A DNA stretch of 64,000 nucleotides, from positions 178,560,001 to 178,624,000 of the forward strand of contig OX597816.1 of the NCBI GenBank assembly GCA_951406725.2, in the 5' to 3' direction. The notes below the pieces were generated by a model. It had not been told where the DNA came from. It ran no database searches and saw only the letters and a list, made by a program, of their open reading frames with translations. The stretch is from Octopus vulgaris. Its lineage: Eukaryota. The position numbers and the translations under genes are program-made. Below are positions 12,254 through 24,595 of the stretch, one piece after another (the stretch's first letter is position 1; each line of letters starts with the position of its first letter).

Positions 12254-14469
12254 GAGGAGTCCATTTGGAGTCCATTAGATTTAGCAAGCAGCTAAGTTTA
12301 GATAGGACTAGAATAGAGGGCGATTTCGTTAAGAACTTAGACGAGGCAATGGAATCTGGCTGTGCATCTAGAGTGTTGGTGGCAAGAACGGTGTTGTACC
12401 GTCACCTCAATGCCAAGCATGAAGGGTGTAGGGTCAGAGCTAAGCTATGTGAAGGGAAGCAAGAAGGTATTAATGTTGGCAGATGGGCACGTCGTGAGGA
12501 GAGTCAGAAGGGCAAAAAGTCCTCTATAAAGTCTTTAACTGACGAACAGGGATGCAAGATCTATGGTCCACTTGAGCAAGGGAGGCCTTAAAGGACATCC
12601 TAGCTGGTGGGCCTCGACTCTTGGTGCATGAGGTGGAATGCTGTGAAGGACCGATCACGCCTGCAGAGGTAAGAGAGGTTTTGGCCAAGTGAGCCAGGGA
12701 AAAGTCGCCAGGGCTGGATGGTCTTCCCTATCAGTTTTATCATTATATGCCAGACTTGTTCGGGGATATACTGGCAGGTATCTATGCAAACTGGCAACAG
12801 AATGGGAGGATTCCCAGTTCTGTGAGCCGGGGAGTTGTGGTGCTGGTCCAGAAAGACCCGAGCAAGGGGGATAGTATTAGTAATTATAGTCCCATAACTC
12901 TACTTAATGTAGAGTCAAAGATTTTGGCCAAGGTGTTAGCAAAAAGGTTGACGGCTGTCGTGGAGAAACTTGTCGGGAAGGCACAGACATGTGCAATCCC
13001 AGGCAGGTCGATCTAGGATAATCTTCACCTTCTCCACTACACTATAGACAGGGTTGGGAAATTAACCGGCAAAGGAGGGGCATTGGTCCATTTAGACCAA
13101 AGTAAAGCGTTTGATATGGTAGACCATCAGTACCTGGTGGCGGTCCTCGAAACGGCTGGGCTGGGCTCTGGCTTTTGTGGGTGGATCTCCGCTATGTACA
13201 GCAGCATCAAGTCCACAGTCCAGATAAATGGTTACCTAACGGAGCCATTTTCAATCAAGCATTCAGTTTGTCAAGGGTGTCCCTTGTCTCCGCTCCTGTA
13301 CGTTTTGGCTCTTGAGCCATTGCTGCTGAAGCTGGAGAAGTTGGGAGGCAACCCTAATGAAATTGGACGCGGTAAGTCTATTTCTGCTTATGCGGATGAC
13401 ATCACCCTCATTGTGTCCAACGAAACACAGCTACCTTGTGTAAAAGATGCTCTCAGAGAATACGAAGCGATGGCAGAGGCAAAAGTTAACAAGAACAAGT
13501 CCATCAGTTTGCATCTCGGTACCAGAAGGAACAAGCCGATATCGTCCAGTGTTGTTGGACACTGGTCCTGTTAAGTTGATTGGAGTTTGGTTTGGCTCAG
13601 ACTCCAACACGGAGAATTGGAGTGAGCCACGGCCATATTATGGAAATGGTCTGGAAGGCTTCTATCCTTGAAGGGGAGGGCGGAGGTGGTACAGGTGTTT
13701 ATAGCTTCTGTCATCACTTACCGCCTGACCGTCATGCCTTGCCCTGATTCGTGGCTAAGCAAGTTGGAATGACTCCTCCGCTTTTTGTGGAAGGGAGGAA
13801 AGCCACTTAATAGGCACTCTGTGTGCTACCAGGAACCGCTAAAGGGTGGGCTGGGGATGCCTTGGCTAACGATGTGCAGACATGCGTTGAGGCTAAGACA
13901 TCTCTGGTGCCACCTGGAAGGTGATAAAGTGTGGAGTCCGTTGGCAGAGGAATTCTCCCTGCGACCGGCCTCTTTGGAGAGATTTAAACCTGGTTTCATT
14001 AAAAGACGGAATCTGACTTTATGGCAGAAGGAGTACTGAGTGTGTTTGGAGGACAAGAATGGAAGGGTCTGTGACAGGGTCCTTTGTCTCTGGCCCCAGT
14101 TTGCTATCCTACATCAGATACCATCTGAAGAGCAAGATGGGATTAGAGAGTAGGACCCCACCGCTGAGTGAATATGAGCAACAATGGAAGGATGTGATGA
14201 GAAAGGTTGGTGTAGGTAACCCAGCATAATCATCAATGAAAGAAGAAAATAGTTGCTGGGCCTTTCAGGCTGCCAGGTAAAAGTTTGTAGTGTTTTATTT
14301 ATTTTTTAAAAAATTAAAAAAAAAAAGGATAAATTTAAAGTCTAGTGTTATATTTATTATTCTAAGTTTTTAAATATCATTCGAACTACATAACATTTTT
14401 GTAATTGTGTTTTGTCCTGTAGTGTCCTATCTTTGTATTGATTTTTTATGATCGCAATAAAGAATTCAC
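12254..14469 (+). mobile_element. Tx1/L1-like LINE, 5'-truncated and disrupted (RT domain)
   Basis: GKSPGLDGLP, YSPITLLNVESKILAK, QTCAIPGRSI, LDQSKAFDMVDH, QGCPLSPLLY, AYADD and KGGLGMP motifs; AATAAA near 14456; degenerate TSD core CTCTAGTG at 12246-12253 and 14470-14477. Confidence 0.9.
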
Positions 14470-14486
14470 CTCTAGTGAATGAGTAT

Positions 14487-14535
14487 CCACCACTGAGGAT
14501 GACCACAAAGAGGTCGAAACTGTATGGTCTGGTGG
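14487..14535 (+). ncRNA. Type I hammerhead ribozyme (near-intact core)
   Basis: CCACCA-CTGAGGA-T-GACC-acaaaga-GGTC-GAAAC-tgtatg-GTC-TGGTGG: stems I, II and III plus the conserved core; predicted cleavage after C14529. Confidence 0.75.
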
Positions 14536-15169
14536 TCTCATGGCTAGAAGATGGTTGGGGCTCACTTCCCTGCTTACAATATATATCAGGTGCAGATTGC
14601 ATTGAATAACCAGCTGGAGGAGGCGTTCTCCTGGGGTTAAAAATAGCAGTAACACTGGTTCCTACAAAACAACCATGTTTTAGTGGCAATATACTTCTCA
14701 GTATTGTTACTGCTTATAGAGATTTTCTAATTTTACTTCATTATTGTTTTAATTATGAAATTAGCCAAAATTTACGAGAACTTACTTAAGTTATTCTCCC
14801 TGTTAATTTTTGTATGACTTCAATTTTGTATTTTTTTTTTTAATTAACACAATAATTCTTTATTTGCTTACTAAAAAACTGTTGTAAGTCCCCTGAACAT
14901 CACTGTTGTCTGTCTTAGGACTCATAAACCAGTTGCCTGGTTTCTATGGCATATAAATGGCTGAGATCACAACATTCCACCTCAATGGGACACCATCCAT
15001 TGCAGTGTTATTCATTTACAGCTAAGTGAACAGCTAGAGCACAGTGAAGTGAAGTGTTTTGCTCAAGAATACAATGCACCATCTGGCCTGAGAATTGAAA
15101 CTGCGATCTTGTGTACCACACCCTAACCAAGTAGGCTATGTGCCTTCAAATTGTTTAGAAATTTAAATA

Positions 15170-16150
15170 ATAATAATGAAATTATTGTATACAGTGCCCA
15201 GGTGCACCACAACTTGTCAAAAGTGCATATAAAGTATATGCAGTAATGTACAAATGTCTGGAAAGGGAACAGTGTATGAGTCAGATACATGCTTGCGTGT
15301 GTATGGAGGGGGAAAATCAGGTGTAGTGTTGGCGAATCTCAGAAAGCATGGAAGTTTTGAAGGATGCAGTGCTCCGACAACTAACAACTGATGCCGGCAG
15401 TTTGTTCCATGCTTCAGCAACTCTCAGCGTGAAAAAATGTTTCTAAAAGTCATGGGAGCTGTGCTGTTTTCTTACTTTGTAAATATGTCCATAGGTGTTA
15501 GACAGGTGGAGTTTGAAAAGGTGCTCAGAGTTATCTATATATATAAAACTGTAGTTGTGTGAGTGTCTGTCCCCTTCGATTTAGATTCCTAACTACTTCC
15601 ACATTTTGCGGTGCAGTTTAACCAAATTCGGGTATCTTATAGTCGTGATTCATATCGAGCCCGTCTGGCTATTAGCGCGCGTCTACGATGAGCCTACGAT
15701 TTTAAAAATAATTTAACATCATTTTTTATTCCATTTTAATGCATAATTTTTCGTGTGTCGATGGCGGCAGAGTTGGCGTCCATGGTCACACCTGCACCTG
15801 TTTGCTTCTCCCCCTTCTTCCCTCCCTCGTGAAGCTGTGGGGAAGGGAGTGTAAGGAAATCAACGTCGTAAAGCGTTGTCAAGGAGACCAGCGTTCTTTT
15901 AGAACAACGACTTCATGGCTTGAAGACACCAAAACAGAAATGGCTAAGAAAGCCCGAATTGGCATCTATAAGGGAAGTAACTCTCTAAAAATGCTTATAT
16001 AGTTATTTCCCTTACAAACCCGAGCAACGCCGGGCAATACTGCTGGTTGTTTATAAGATGGTTAATAATTTTATGGGTGCCTGCCAAGTCAGCTGCCAGA
16101 CGTCGGAGTTTCAATGTGTCCATGCCCAGGGAAGTAAGGCATTCCTCTCC
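15170..16150 (-). mobile_element. CR1/L2-like LINE 3' fragment interrupted by a Helitron-like insert
   Basis: LGMDTLKLRRLAADL..KII and TLRVAEAWNKLPASVV..FK motifs on either side of 15534-16046. Confidence 0.72.
15534..16046 (+). mobile_element. Non-autonomous Helitron-like element
   Basis: 5' TC, 3' hairpin CCCGAGCAACGCCGGG plus CTGG, A|T insertion site, no TSD. Confidence 0.82.
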
Positions 16151-16974
16151 TTAACCTAGCACATAATTCTTTCATACCCCAACCTTTTTATTTCCCCTTC
16201 TGAATTCATCGTTAACGTTTTCTTTACAATCCTTTCCATCCTTTTCCCTAACTTTTGAAATCTTAAATTTTTATTTTTAACTTTTGTGTTACTCATTTGT
16301 TCTTTTCCTTCTCCTTTCTTTAGAAGGGCCTCTAGCTGTTGAAAGTCTGTCTCAATAAACTCAGTCTGACCCATGCAAGCATGGAAAAGTGAATGTTAAA
16401 AATAATGAACAATGATGCAGCTATTTAATACTCCCTGCATTAAATATGCTAACACTAACTTTATAAAATAATTTTCTGCTGACGGCATGTCTGAGTTTTT
16501 TTTTTATTCCCTAAACAATTCTGAAATAATGTCACGACAAGACTTGACAATTGGTAAACTGATCTGGGATGAATTACTGGAGTGGCTTTCCCTGTTTCAG
16601 TAGTGTAAGTTAACAAAATACTTGTCAATTTTATGGTGTCGGCAGGTCGTAAACTGGCAGAATGGGAGAAATGTTTAGCTGCATTTTGTCCTTGTTTACG
16701 TTCTGAGCTCAAATTCCGCTGAGGTTGACTTTGCTTTTCATCCTTCTGGGGCCAATAAAAGAAGTACTAGTTGAGCGCAGGCATTGATAAAATCGACTTA
16801 CCCCATTCCCCAAATTTACTGGGTTTGTGCCAAAATTTGAAATCAATTTTACACACACGCACGCGTGCACACACACACACACACACAATTTTTGTTACTA
16901 TTTGTTTTATTGTGCTGTATTCATAAAAAAATATTTGTATTATATAACTTATTGTAAAAGCAACAGATTCTAAA

Positions 16975-18162
16975 TATTAGGTTGGCTGAAAAGTTCGTTT
17001 GGTTTTTCTGGACTCTAAACTTCAAGCACACTAATAAGTATCTAACTTTGGTCTGTCCTTGTGCATGCACACTTGTTAGATACTTGACACTTTAGCATAC
17101 TTTAGGAAGAATTTCCAATAAGCCAGGTTGTATTTTGTGTGCTTGGGATCACCTTGGAAACTGAGAACCAAAACAAACTTTATCAACACCACATGCTTTT
17201 GATATTTTAAAAAAGCAAGAGAGCTGTGGAAACCTACTGGAAAATATGTATGGAGAGAATGCTGTTTTGGAATGTATGTACCAAAAATAGTTTCTAGAAT
17301 TTCAATTGGGAAGTTTTGCGGTTCAAGATGCACCTCACCCTGGCTGGCCCCCATTATATAACCAAAATGATCCAGGTACTTCCCAAATATCCAAATTGTG
17401 TACTGAAAACCATACACATCAGCAGGGTTGATGATTGGGACCCACATTAATTGAGTGAGGAGAACACTGTCCAGTGAACGTCCATGTGCAATTCATTGCA
17501 AATGCATGAAGAAAACATTCCTATTTTGAAGAGAATGGTAACAGAGGATAAAACTGGATTGTCCATAACAATGTGAAGTGCCAAGCTATCACAGGGAAAA
17601 CATGGTGAACGATCACAACCTCCGAGCAAGAGTTCACTCAAAGAAAGCTATTTGATGGGACTGGAGGAGTGTTGTCTTTTACAAGCTTTTCCTCATGAAT
17701 AGAATCATTAATTCAGATGTTTATTGTGATCAGCTGGACAAACTAAACATAATAATCCATCAGAACTGTCCAAAAACTTGCTAATCATAAGGTTATTGTT
17801 TTCATCATGACAATGCTAAACCGCACACTTCTTTGCCAATGTGGCAGAAATTCCTAGGGTTTTGCTGAAAAGTTTTGCCACACTTTCCATAATCACTCAA
17901 GCTTGCACCTTCAGATTTCTATCTGTTTCAGTCTCTTCAAAATTCTTTGAATGGACAGAACCTCAACTCTGAAGAGGATTTAAAAATTCGCAGTAAAACA
18001 GCAAATTCCTTGAGTATGGAATCATGGATCTGCCCACAAGATGGCACAAGATACTGGAACAAATTCGTAATTATATCATTGATTGAATAAATTTCTTTGT
18101 GTTTATAACTTGTGTGTTATTTTTGCTTAAAATACTGAACAAACTTTTTGGCCAACTCAATA
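16975..18162 (+). mobile_element. mariner transposon relic (full span, decayed)
   Basis: Imperfect TIRs tattaggttggctgaaaagttcgtt / aacaaactttttggccaactcaata; decayed KRMVTED, HDNAKPH and LAPSDFYLFQSLQNSLNG transposase motifs. Confidence 0.82.
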
Positions 18163-19603
18163 CATAAGTCCATGTTGCTGAAAGAATGTACCAAGTGTTG
18201 TTATTAATTTTGTAGTAGACAGAATTAAGTTCAATGGTGGTGATGGAGTTTTAGTCAAATCTCCATTACCGCCAAAATTAGTAATACTATGGTACCAACA
18301 TACAGCTTTTCACCCTCCTTGTGGAAAACGGAAATGAAATTTTAGTCAATATTCCTTCTCCAATTACCACAAGATGGGAAAAATTCATCACTAAAAGTAA
18401 CAAAAGTACTGCAAATTGACAATTAGTTCTCAGTTCAATATTCCTTAAAAACAATAAAATTTTGACTCAAATTTCAATTCTTTCTCCATGACTACAAATA
18501 CTGATGAATGAAAACCAAATAATATGATTCCAAAAACTGAGACATGCATTTTATTTGCTGAAGAATTAATACCACACTTTGGATTAAATAAAAACAATTT
18601 CTTAAGACTCTCAACTTATATAAAATTTTATAAGATAATTTAAACATACACAATAATTGTTTAGCAAAACATAATTGAACCAAATATTTATTTACTAAGT
18701 TGGACCTAATTAAACCATACCAGATAAAGATATTTGTTTAGTAAGATATTTGTTTAGTAAGATATTTGTTTAGTAACACAAACCATCACAAATAATTATT
18801 TTATAAGTAGGACATCATTTAACTGTCTTGAATAATTGCCTTGTTAATGAAGCCTAATCCAATCTTTCAAAATAATTATATTAAAATTAGTTTTCTTTTC
18901 TACATTTTATATCTTGCTTTTGTGAATAACAGAGTTGCTGGTTATAAGTTTCTGATGGGCCAAACACTGGGCCTCTGTGTTTGCAATGGCGAGAGTCAGA
19001 AAAGAATATCTGCACAACAAGGGCAAAATAAATACCATGGTGAATGTTTGTTTTGCGCACTGTTTTGTCACCAATGTGCATATTTTTGCTGATAGACAAA
19101 CATGCATATGCACATTTACACACACACACACACACATTGAATGGACTCAGCTTGGTTTGATGGTTAAGAAGTTTGTTTTGCAATCAAGAAGACCAAGATT
19201 TAATCATACACTATTGTGTCTCAGACAGTTGTCTTTTACCACAACCTTAGTTTGATCAACTCCTTTAGAGAGAAATTGGATTGGCAGAAACTGTTTCAAT
19301 GTCCATTGGATAAATCATTTAAGTAACTGAAAGAAAAAAAAAGAAAAGGGATTCAACCTTGTCACATGTTGATTTGTGGTGATTCTCCCTTTGAATTCCA
19401 TTCAGGGTATACATGACTGTCACTGCTCAGCCACTTCATACGTTAATTCAAAGAGAAGCTGATTCAACTGATCAAACAACTGAATACTCATCATTAGAAT
19501 TGATGGGAGATCGTTTTATTTAAATAATTTGAGTTTGTAAATTTATGTCTTTGAGTCATAGTTGAAATTTCAATTTATACCTATGGTTTGACACAATTCA
19601 ACT

Positions 19604-19639
<36 letters not shown>

Positions 19640-21506
19640 GCTTTATTCTTGGATAATGACATAAGAAATATAGTTAATCTTTATATGATGATGCTGATTT
19701 TGTTTTCTTTTTTAGTATGATGATAGGATACAGTGTTCCCAGTATTTTCCGACTAGTGGTTTGGTGTGGTCAAGTACAGTTTGAATTTTTAATGGTGTAC
19801 AGGGAAAACATAGCCTGGACGAAAAAACAAAAACTTAGAATACATGAAACAAAAAACTTAGAATACATGAAAGAAGTAGTGTAAAATGTGGGGACTGAGA
19901 TATAGCAGAAGGGACAAGGAGTAGAGGCAGGTGAATTGGGTGCTTACACAGCTTGCTTTTCCAGAGAAACGGCAACAATTCTAGCTGTCCTAGGAAAGAA
20001 ACAGAGAAAAGATACAGTATATCAGTGTAGTGGTGATTGTAGTGCATTGCTGACTTAAGGTTTATTAATTAATCCCAATAAGTATTTTTACATGCAGTTG
20101 CTCCAATTAGTGATCCAATCATTGCAGGTTGGTGGTTGGGTTCTGAGGACAGCAACCATCCAGTTTTGAAACAACTGCCAGGGCTCATGAGGAAGCTTGG
20201 TTTTTGAGATGCAGTTTTAGCAGTGTTATTAACGGTCAACATGAATGGTAATATAATATTGTTAGGCTTCACTAAATTTCATGATAGTTTAGTCGAGTGT
20301 TTCTTTACCAGTAAAGCGACAATAGAATTGGAGGTATGGTTTCTTGTTATATGTAGTGGTTGTTAAGTTGCTGGTGAATGAGTCAAGATTTTCATGTCTC
20401 AACTGGAAGCTGTTCTTATGGGCTCTAGACATTAACACAGAAAATGTTTAATGTAAGGTGTCTAGTTTACATGCAGATGAAACTTGTGTGTGTAATGTTA
20501 AGGAGGTGTAAAAGATGGTACAATCTGTATGAGAATGTGTATGTAGCTATATATAGCAAACATTGAACAAGTTATTGATATGCAGGAAGAGTGTGAGAGG
20601 CATGTACAGGAATTATAGAAATAATAATGAACTTATTGCATAGCGTTCAGGTGCACTACAACTCACCACAAAAGGTGGCTAAAAATGCACATACAGTACA
20701 CAGAATAATGCACATAAAAGACAGGGAAATGGACAGTCAAGGAGTCATGAAAAAGCAACTCCAGGTGTAGTGTTAGTTAGTTTTGGGAAGCATGGCAGTC
20801 CTGAAGTATTAGTTTGTGAGTCAGAGAGATACCCTCTGACACAGTGATCTAATGAAAAAAATCTTCAAACCTAAGAACTGGGAGGGGAGGGGGGGCAGAT
20901 GGAGACCAAAGCAACCAACTAGGTTGGAATGTTGTCTTGCTAGATACAGTGAAAAACTTGGCTGATATCAAGAACAACTAATGCTTTTCATGGACTTTTG
21001 GAGAGCAGAAGACCACTGATGTGTATGATGTAGCTTTAAGGTACAATACTGTCGGTCACTGGTAAGGGAAGAAGTTCAAGAATATTTATGATTGTTTGTT
21101 TTTATTACTTGTTAGAAGTGAAGGGAATAGACAGGTGAATGTGTGAAATACATATAAAAATTAAAGCCTCAAGTATTACACACACACACACACACTTGTT
21201 AGTGCAAAAAAAAAAAGAAACTTATACATAAATTAAGGTTACTTATAACAATAACAAAGAGAGTGAAAGAAATGGGTTTTCAACAATTGTTTTACCTTGC
21301 AGTTTGTACTACCACTTACCAAATGACAGTTTGCTTGTAACTAACTACAATATTGAATATTTCATCAAGAATTTAGTGGTATTTTCAATTAGAAATAAAC
21401 TGCTGTTTTAATAAACATCAATAAGAAATTTAAAGAAAGCAACTGTTTAAAATCCAGTTCTTCCACTGTTTCGATGTGTGTGTGTATATCAATCCTTTAT
21501 ACATAC

Positions 21507-21579
<73 letters not shown>

Positions 21580-21585
21580 AGAGAG

Positions 21586-21908
21586 AGCACTCTGTCAGTT
21601 ATGATGACGAGGGTCCCAGCTGATACGATCAATGGAACAACCTCCTCGTGAAATTAACGTGCAAGTGACTGAGCAGTCCACAGACACACATACCTCTAAT
21701 GTAGTTCTCAGGGAGGTTCAGCGTGAAACGGAGTGTGACAAGGCTGGCCCTTTGAAATGCAGGTCATACTCATTTTTACCAGCTGAGTGGACTGGAGCAA
21801 TGTGAAATAAAGTTTCTTGCTCAAGGAGACAACGTGTCACCAGGAATCCAACTCACGACCTTACAATCATGAGCTGAATGCTCTAACCACTAAGCCATGC
21901 ACCTTCAC
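21586..21908 (-). mobile_element. Older tRNA-derived SINE related to the 30204 family
   Basis: Shares the 3' body (acaaggctggccctttgaaat, gaaattaacgtgcaagtg) and a tRNA-like head. Confidence 0.75.
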
Positions 21909-21926
21909 TATACATATATATACATA

Positions 21927-21991
<65 letters not shown>

Positions 21992-22130
21992 AGTAAATGG
22001 AGATTAGTGAGTTAATTGTTTGTTATTAACAATGGATCAATCGTGAAGCTAACATAACCTCTAATTGTGTGTATATATATATATCTGTGTGTGTTTGCAT
22101 GTGTATACATCAATCCTATATATATATATA

Positions 22131-22455
22131 GAACACAAATGGATTTTAAATTTATGACAGCTGTTTTGATAGAATTTTGTTAAAGTATTCATAGATTACA
22201 TCATTGCATACAATCCAATATCTTCAGGTAAAATTTTAAACAGGTATAAAATACGTGAGATAAAATCTTGTTGATGACAAATCCAACCAATGTTACATTG
22301 GTTGGACTTGTCATCATCAACATATTGTCACCTGTTTAAACCTGTTTAAAATTTTACCTGAAGAGGGTGGGTTGTATGCTGTGATGTAATCTATGACTAC
22401 CTGAACAAAATCCTACTGAAACAACTGTCATAGATTTTGAACCCCGTTTGTGTTC
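22131..22455. repeat. ~325-bp imperfect palindrome with a hammerhead-like motif in each arm
   Basis: Centre ccaaccaatgttacattggttgg; plus arm CTGAAGA 22358-22364 and GAAACAACTGTC 22418-22429; mirror motif at 22156-22227. Confidence 0.8.
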
Positions 22456-22500
22456 CTTTTTATTCTTACACTGCACCTAGAACGAGCCCCGAGTCAGGTC

Positions 22501-23218
22501 TATGATTTAAATTGGATTTGGTACTTAGATCTCTGCAGTAGCCTACCAACATATGATTTAAATTGGATTTGGTACTTAGATCTCTGCAGTAGCCTACCAA
22601 CATATGATTTAAATTGGATTTGGTACTTAGATCTCTGCAGTAGCCTACCAACATATGATTTAAATTGGATTTGGTACTTAGATCTCTGCAGTAGCTACCA
22701 ACATATGAGATCTCTGCAGTAGCTACCAACATATGATTTAAATTGGATTTGGTACTTAGATCTCTGCAGTAGCTACCAACATATGGTAGCCTACCAACAT
22801 ACGAAACATACGATTTAAATTGGATTTGGTACTTAGATATCTGCAGTAGCCTACCAACATATGATTTAAATTGGATTTGGTACTTAGATCTCTGCAGTAG
22901 CCTACCAACATATGATTTAAATTGGATTTGGTACTTAGATATCTGCAGTAGCCTACCAACATATGATTTAAATTGGATTTGGTACTTAGATATTGCAGTA
23001 GCCTACCAACATATGATTTAAATTGGATTTGGTATAGATCTCTGCAGTAGCCTACCAACATATGATTTAAATTGGATTTGGTACTTAGATATCTGCAGTA
23101 GCCTACCAACATATGATTTAAATTGGATTTGGTACTTAGATATCTGCAGTAGCCTACCAACATATGATTTAAATTGGATTTGGTACTTAGATCTCTGCAG
23201 TAGCCTACCAACATATGA
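22501..23218. repeat. 51-bp minisatellite, about 14 copies
   Basis: Unit atatgatttaaattggatttggtacttagatctctgcagtagcctaccaac; irregular copies at about 22690-22810. Confidence 0.96.
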
Positions 23219-23834
23219 TGCCTTCAAAGTTGTTTTACTGCACTGTGAACTCTATGTTATTGTACCTAGCCATTTCTGGCATCTCATGTGTTGATCTGCC
23301 TAGATTCTAATGAATCCTATAAATAATCTGTCTGTCTGTCGAAATTATCACAAGACTGTTACTCAGAGTTTCACATTCCTGTTTGTATATATATATATAT
23401 ATAAGGCAGTGCTCCAGCATGGCTACAGTCAAATGGCTGAAACAAGTAAAAAAATAAGAGAATAGAAGAATATATATTTCTAGCAGAGGTTTAAGACCTT
23501 ACATTTAGGTGAGGGATGGTTATATTAATTATTTATGTGAAAATATCTTGAAATTTTTAATTTGTTGCTGGACTTTTATATGTTGTTGAGCATAAAACTG
23601 CTTCATGGACATTATCCTTTTACTTTATAGTGACTACAGCCACATACCATAAATAGCAAAAATACTGTGCCTAGATTGGCAATTGTATGTAAGCTCGTAA
23701 GTAAGATGACCACTGTTTTATGGTGACACTATTTGGTAAGGCATGGACACATACCCTGAATGTGATAAAAAAAATAGTCTGTTCCTTGAGAAAGAAATGA
23801 CAGACTGCTATTGCAATGCTACGAGAGAATGCAA

Positions 23835-23868
<34 letters not shown>

Positions 23869-24047
23869 TATGCATATAATGTAATGACAATGCTTTATCA
23901 AAATTCAAGGATATAATAATAATATAAAATGCTCTAACAAAATCTTATGTAGAATGATATGTTACAATGATATAATGTTTTGTTAAAAACGTCTGTGAGG
24001 AATGTTGTGCTGCACTGTTTAACCAATTCATATTCATCCTGATTTGA

Positions 24048-24595
24048 TTATAAAGGAGATGAGTATTCTTCATCAGAACTATCACTGGTGTCACTAAGAC
24101 TTTCTCTTGAGTCAAAATATACAGATTTACACGATGCTCTATTAATTTCTCTCATTGGTAAATTAATTGACAATTTCATTGAACGTTGCCCTCTCGTTAA
24201 ATGCTGTATCGTCTGTGTTTGATTGGTTCCATTTACTGATTGCTTGCTGTATTTTTTTTCCAGCTCAACGGTACGGGCAGTGTTGGAGCGCTTCATTTGT
24301 TGAATATATTGTTTCAGTTTGTTTTGATTGTCAACAGATTTGATGGGAAGACGTTTGACATTCTTGAACTGAATTGGCACTTTCTTTGGCAAGAATCTGT
24401 TCAGTTCAACTTGCTGAGCAATACATTCCTTAATGTCATCTATGTGTAACAATGTGTTGAATTCTGTAAGTTTTGTCAGTCGATCAAAAGCCAGATTACT
24501 ATAGCTGAAGTTAAATGTTGAATATGGTGTGTCTGGATCATCATAAATGTTGAAGTCTGCAAATTCTTTTTCCTCTTTTGTTTCTCTTGGAACAC
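24048..24595 (-). CDS. PLA2G4A: cPLA2 terminal coding exon ([32 protein letters not shown]...EEYSSPL*)
   Basis: ttcctgaag acceptor; GVPRET and PYSTFNF motifs; TAA at 24048-24050. Confidence 0.95.

Larger units (their letters stand above)
11985..14730 (+). repeat. ~175-bp diverged direct repeat (11985-12162 and 14566-14730); tandem unit of a hammerhead-bearing repeat split by the Tx1 LINE
   Basis: Shared ccctgctt..ggtgcagattgcattgaataacc..ggttaaaaatagcagtaa..cttatagagattttctaa. Confidence 0.8.

Noticed and set aside
22450-23227. CRISPR-like array or repeat-protein ORFs
   Set aside because: Units are contiguous and identical with no unique spacers, there are no cas genes, and the context is eukaryotic.
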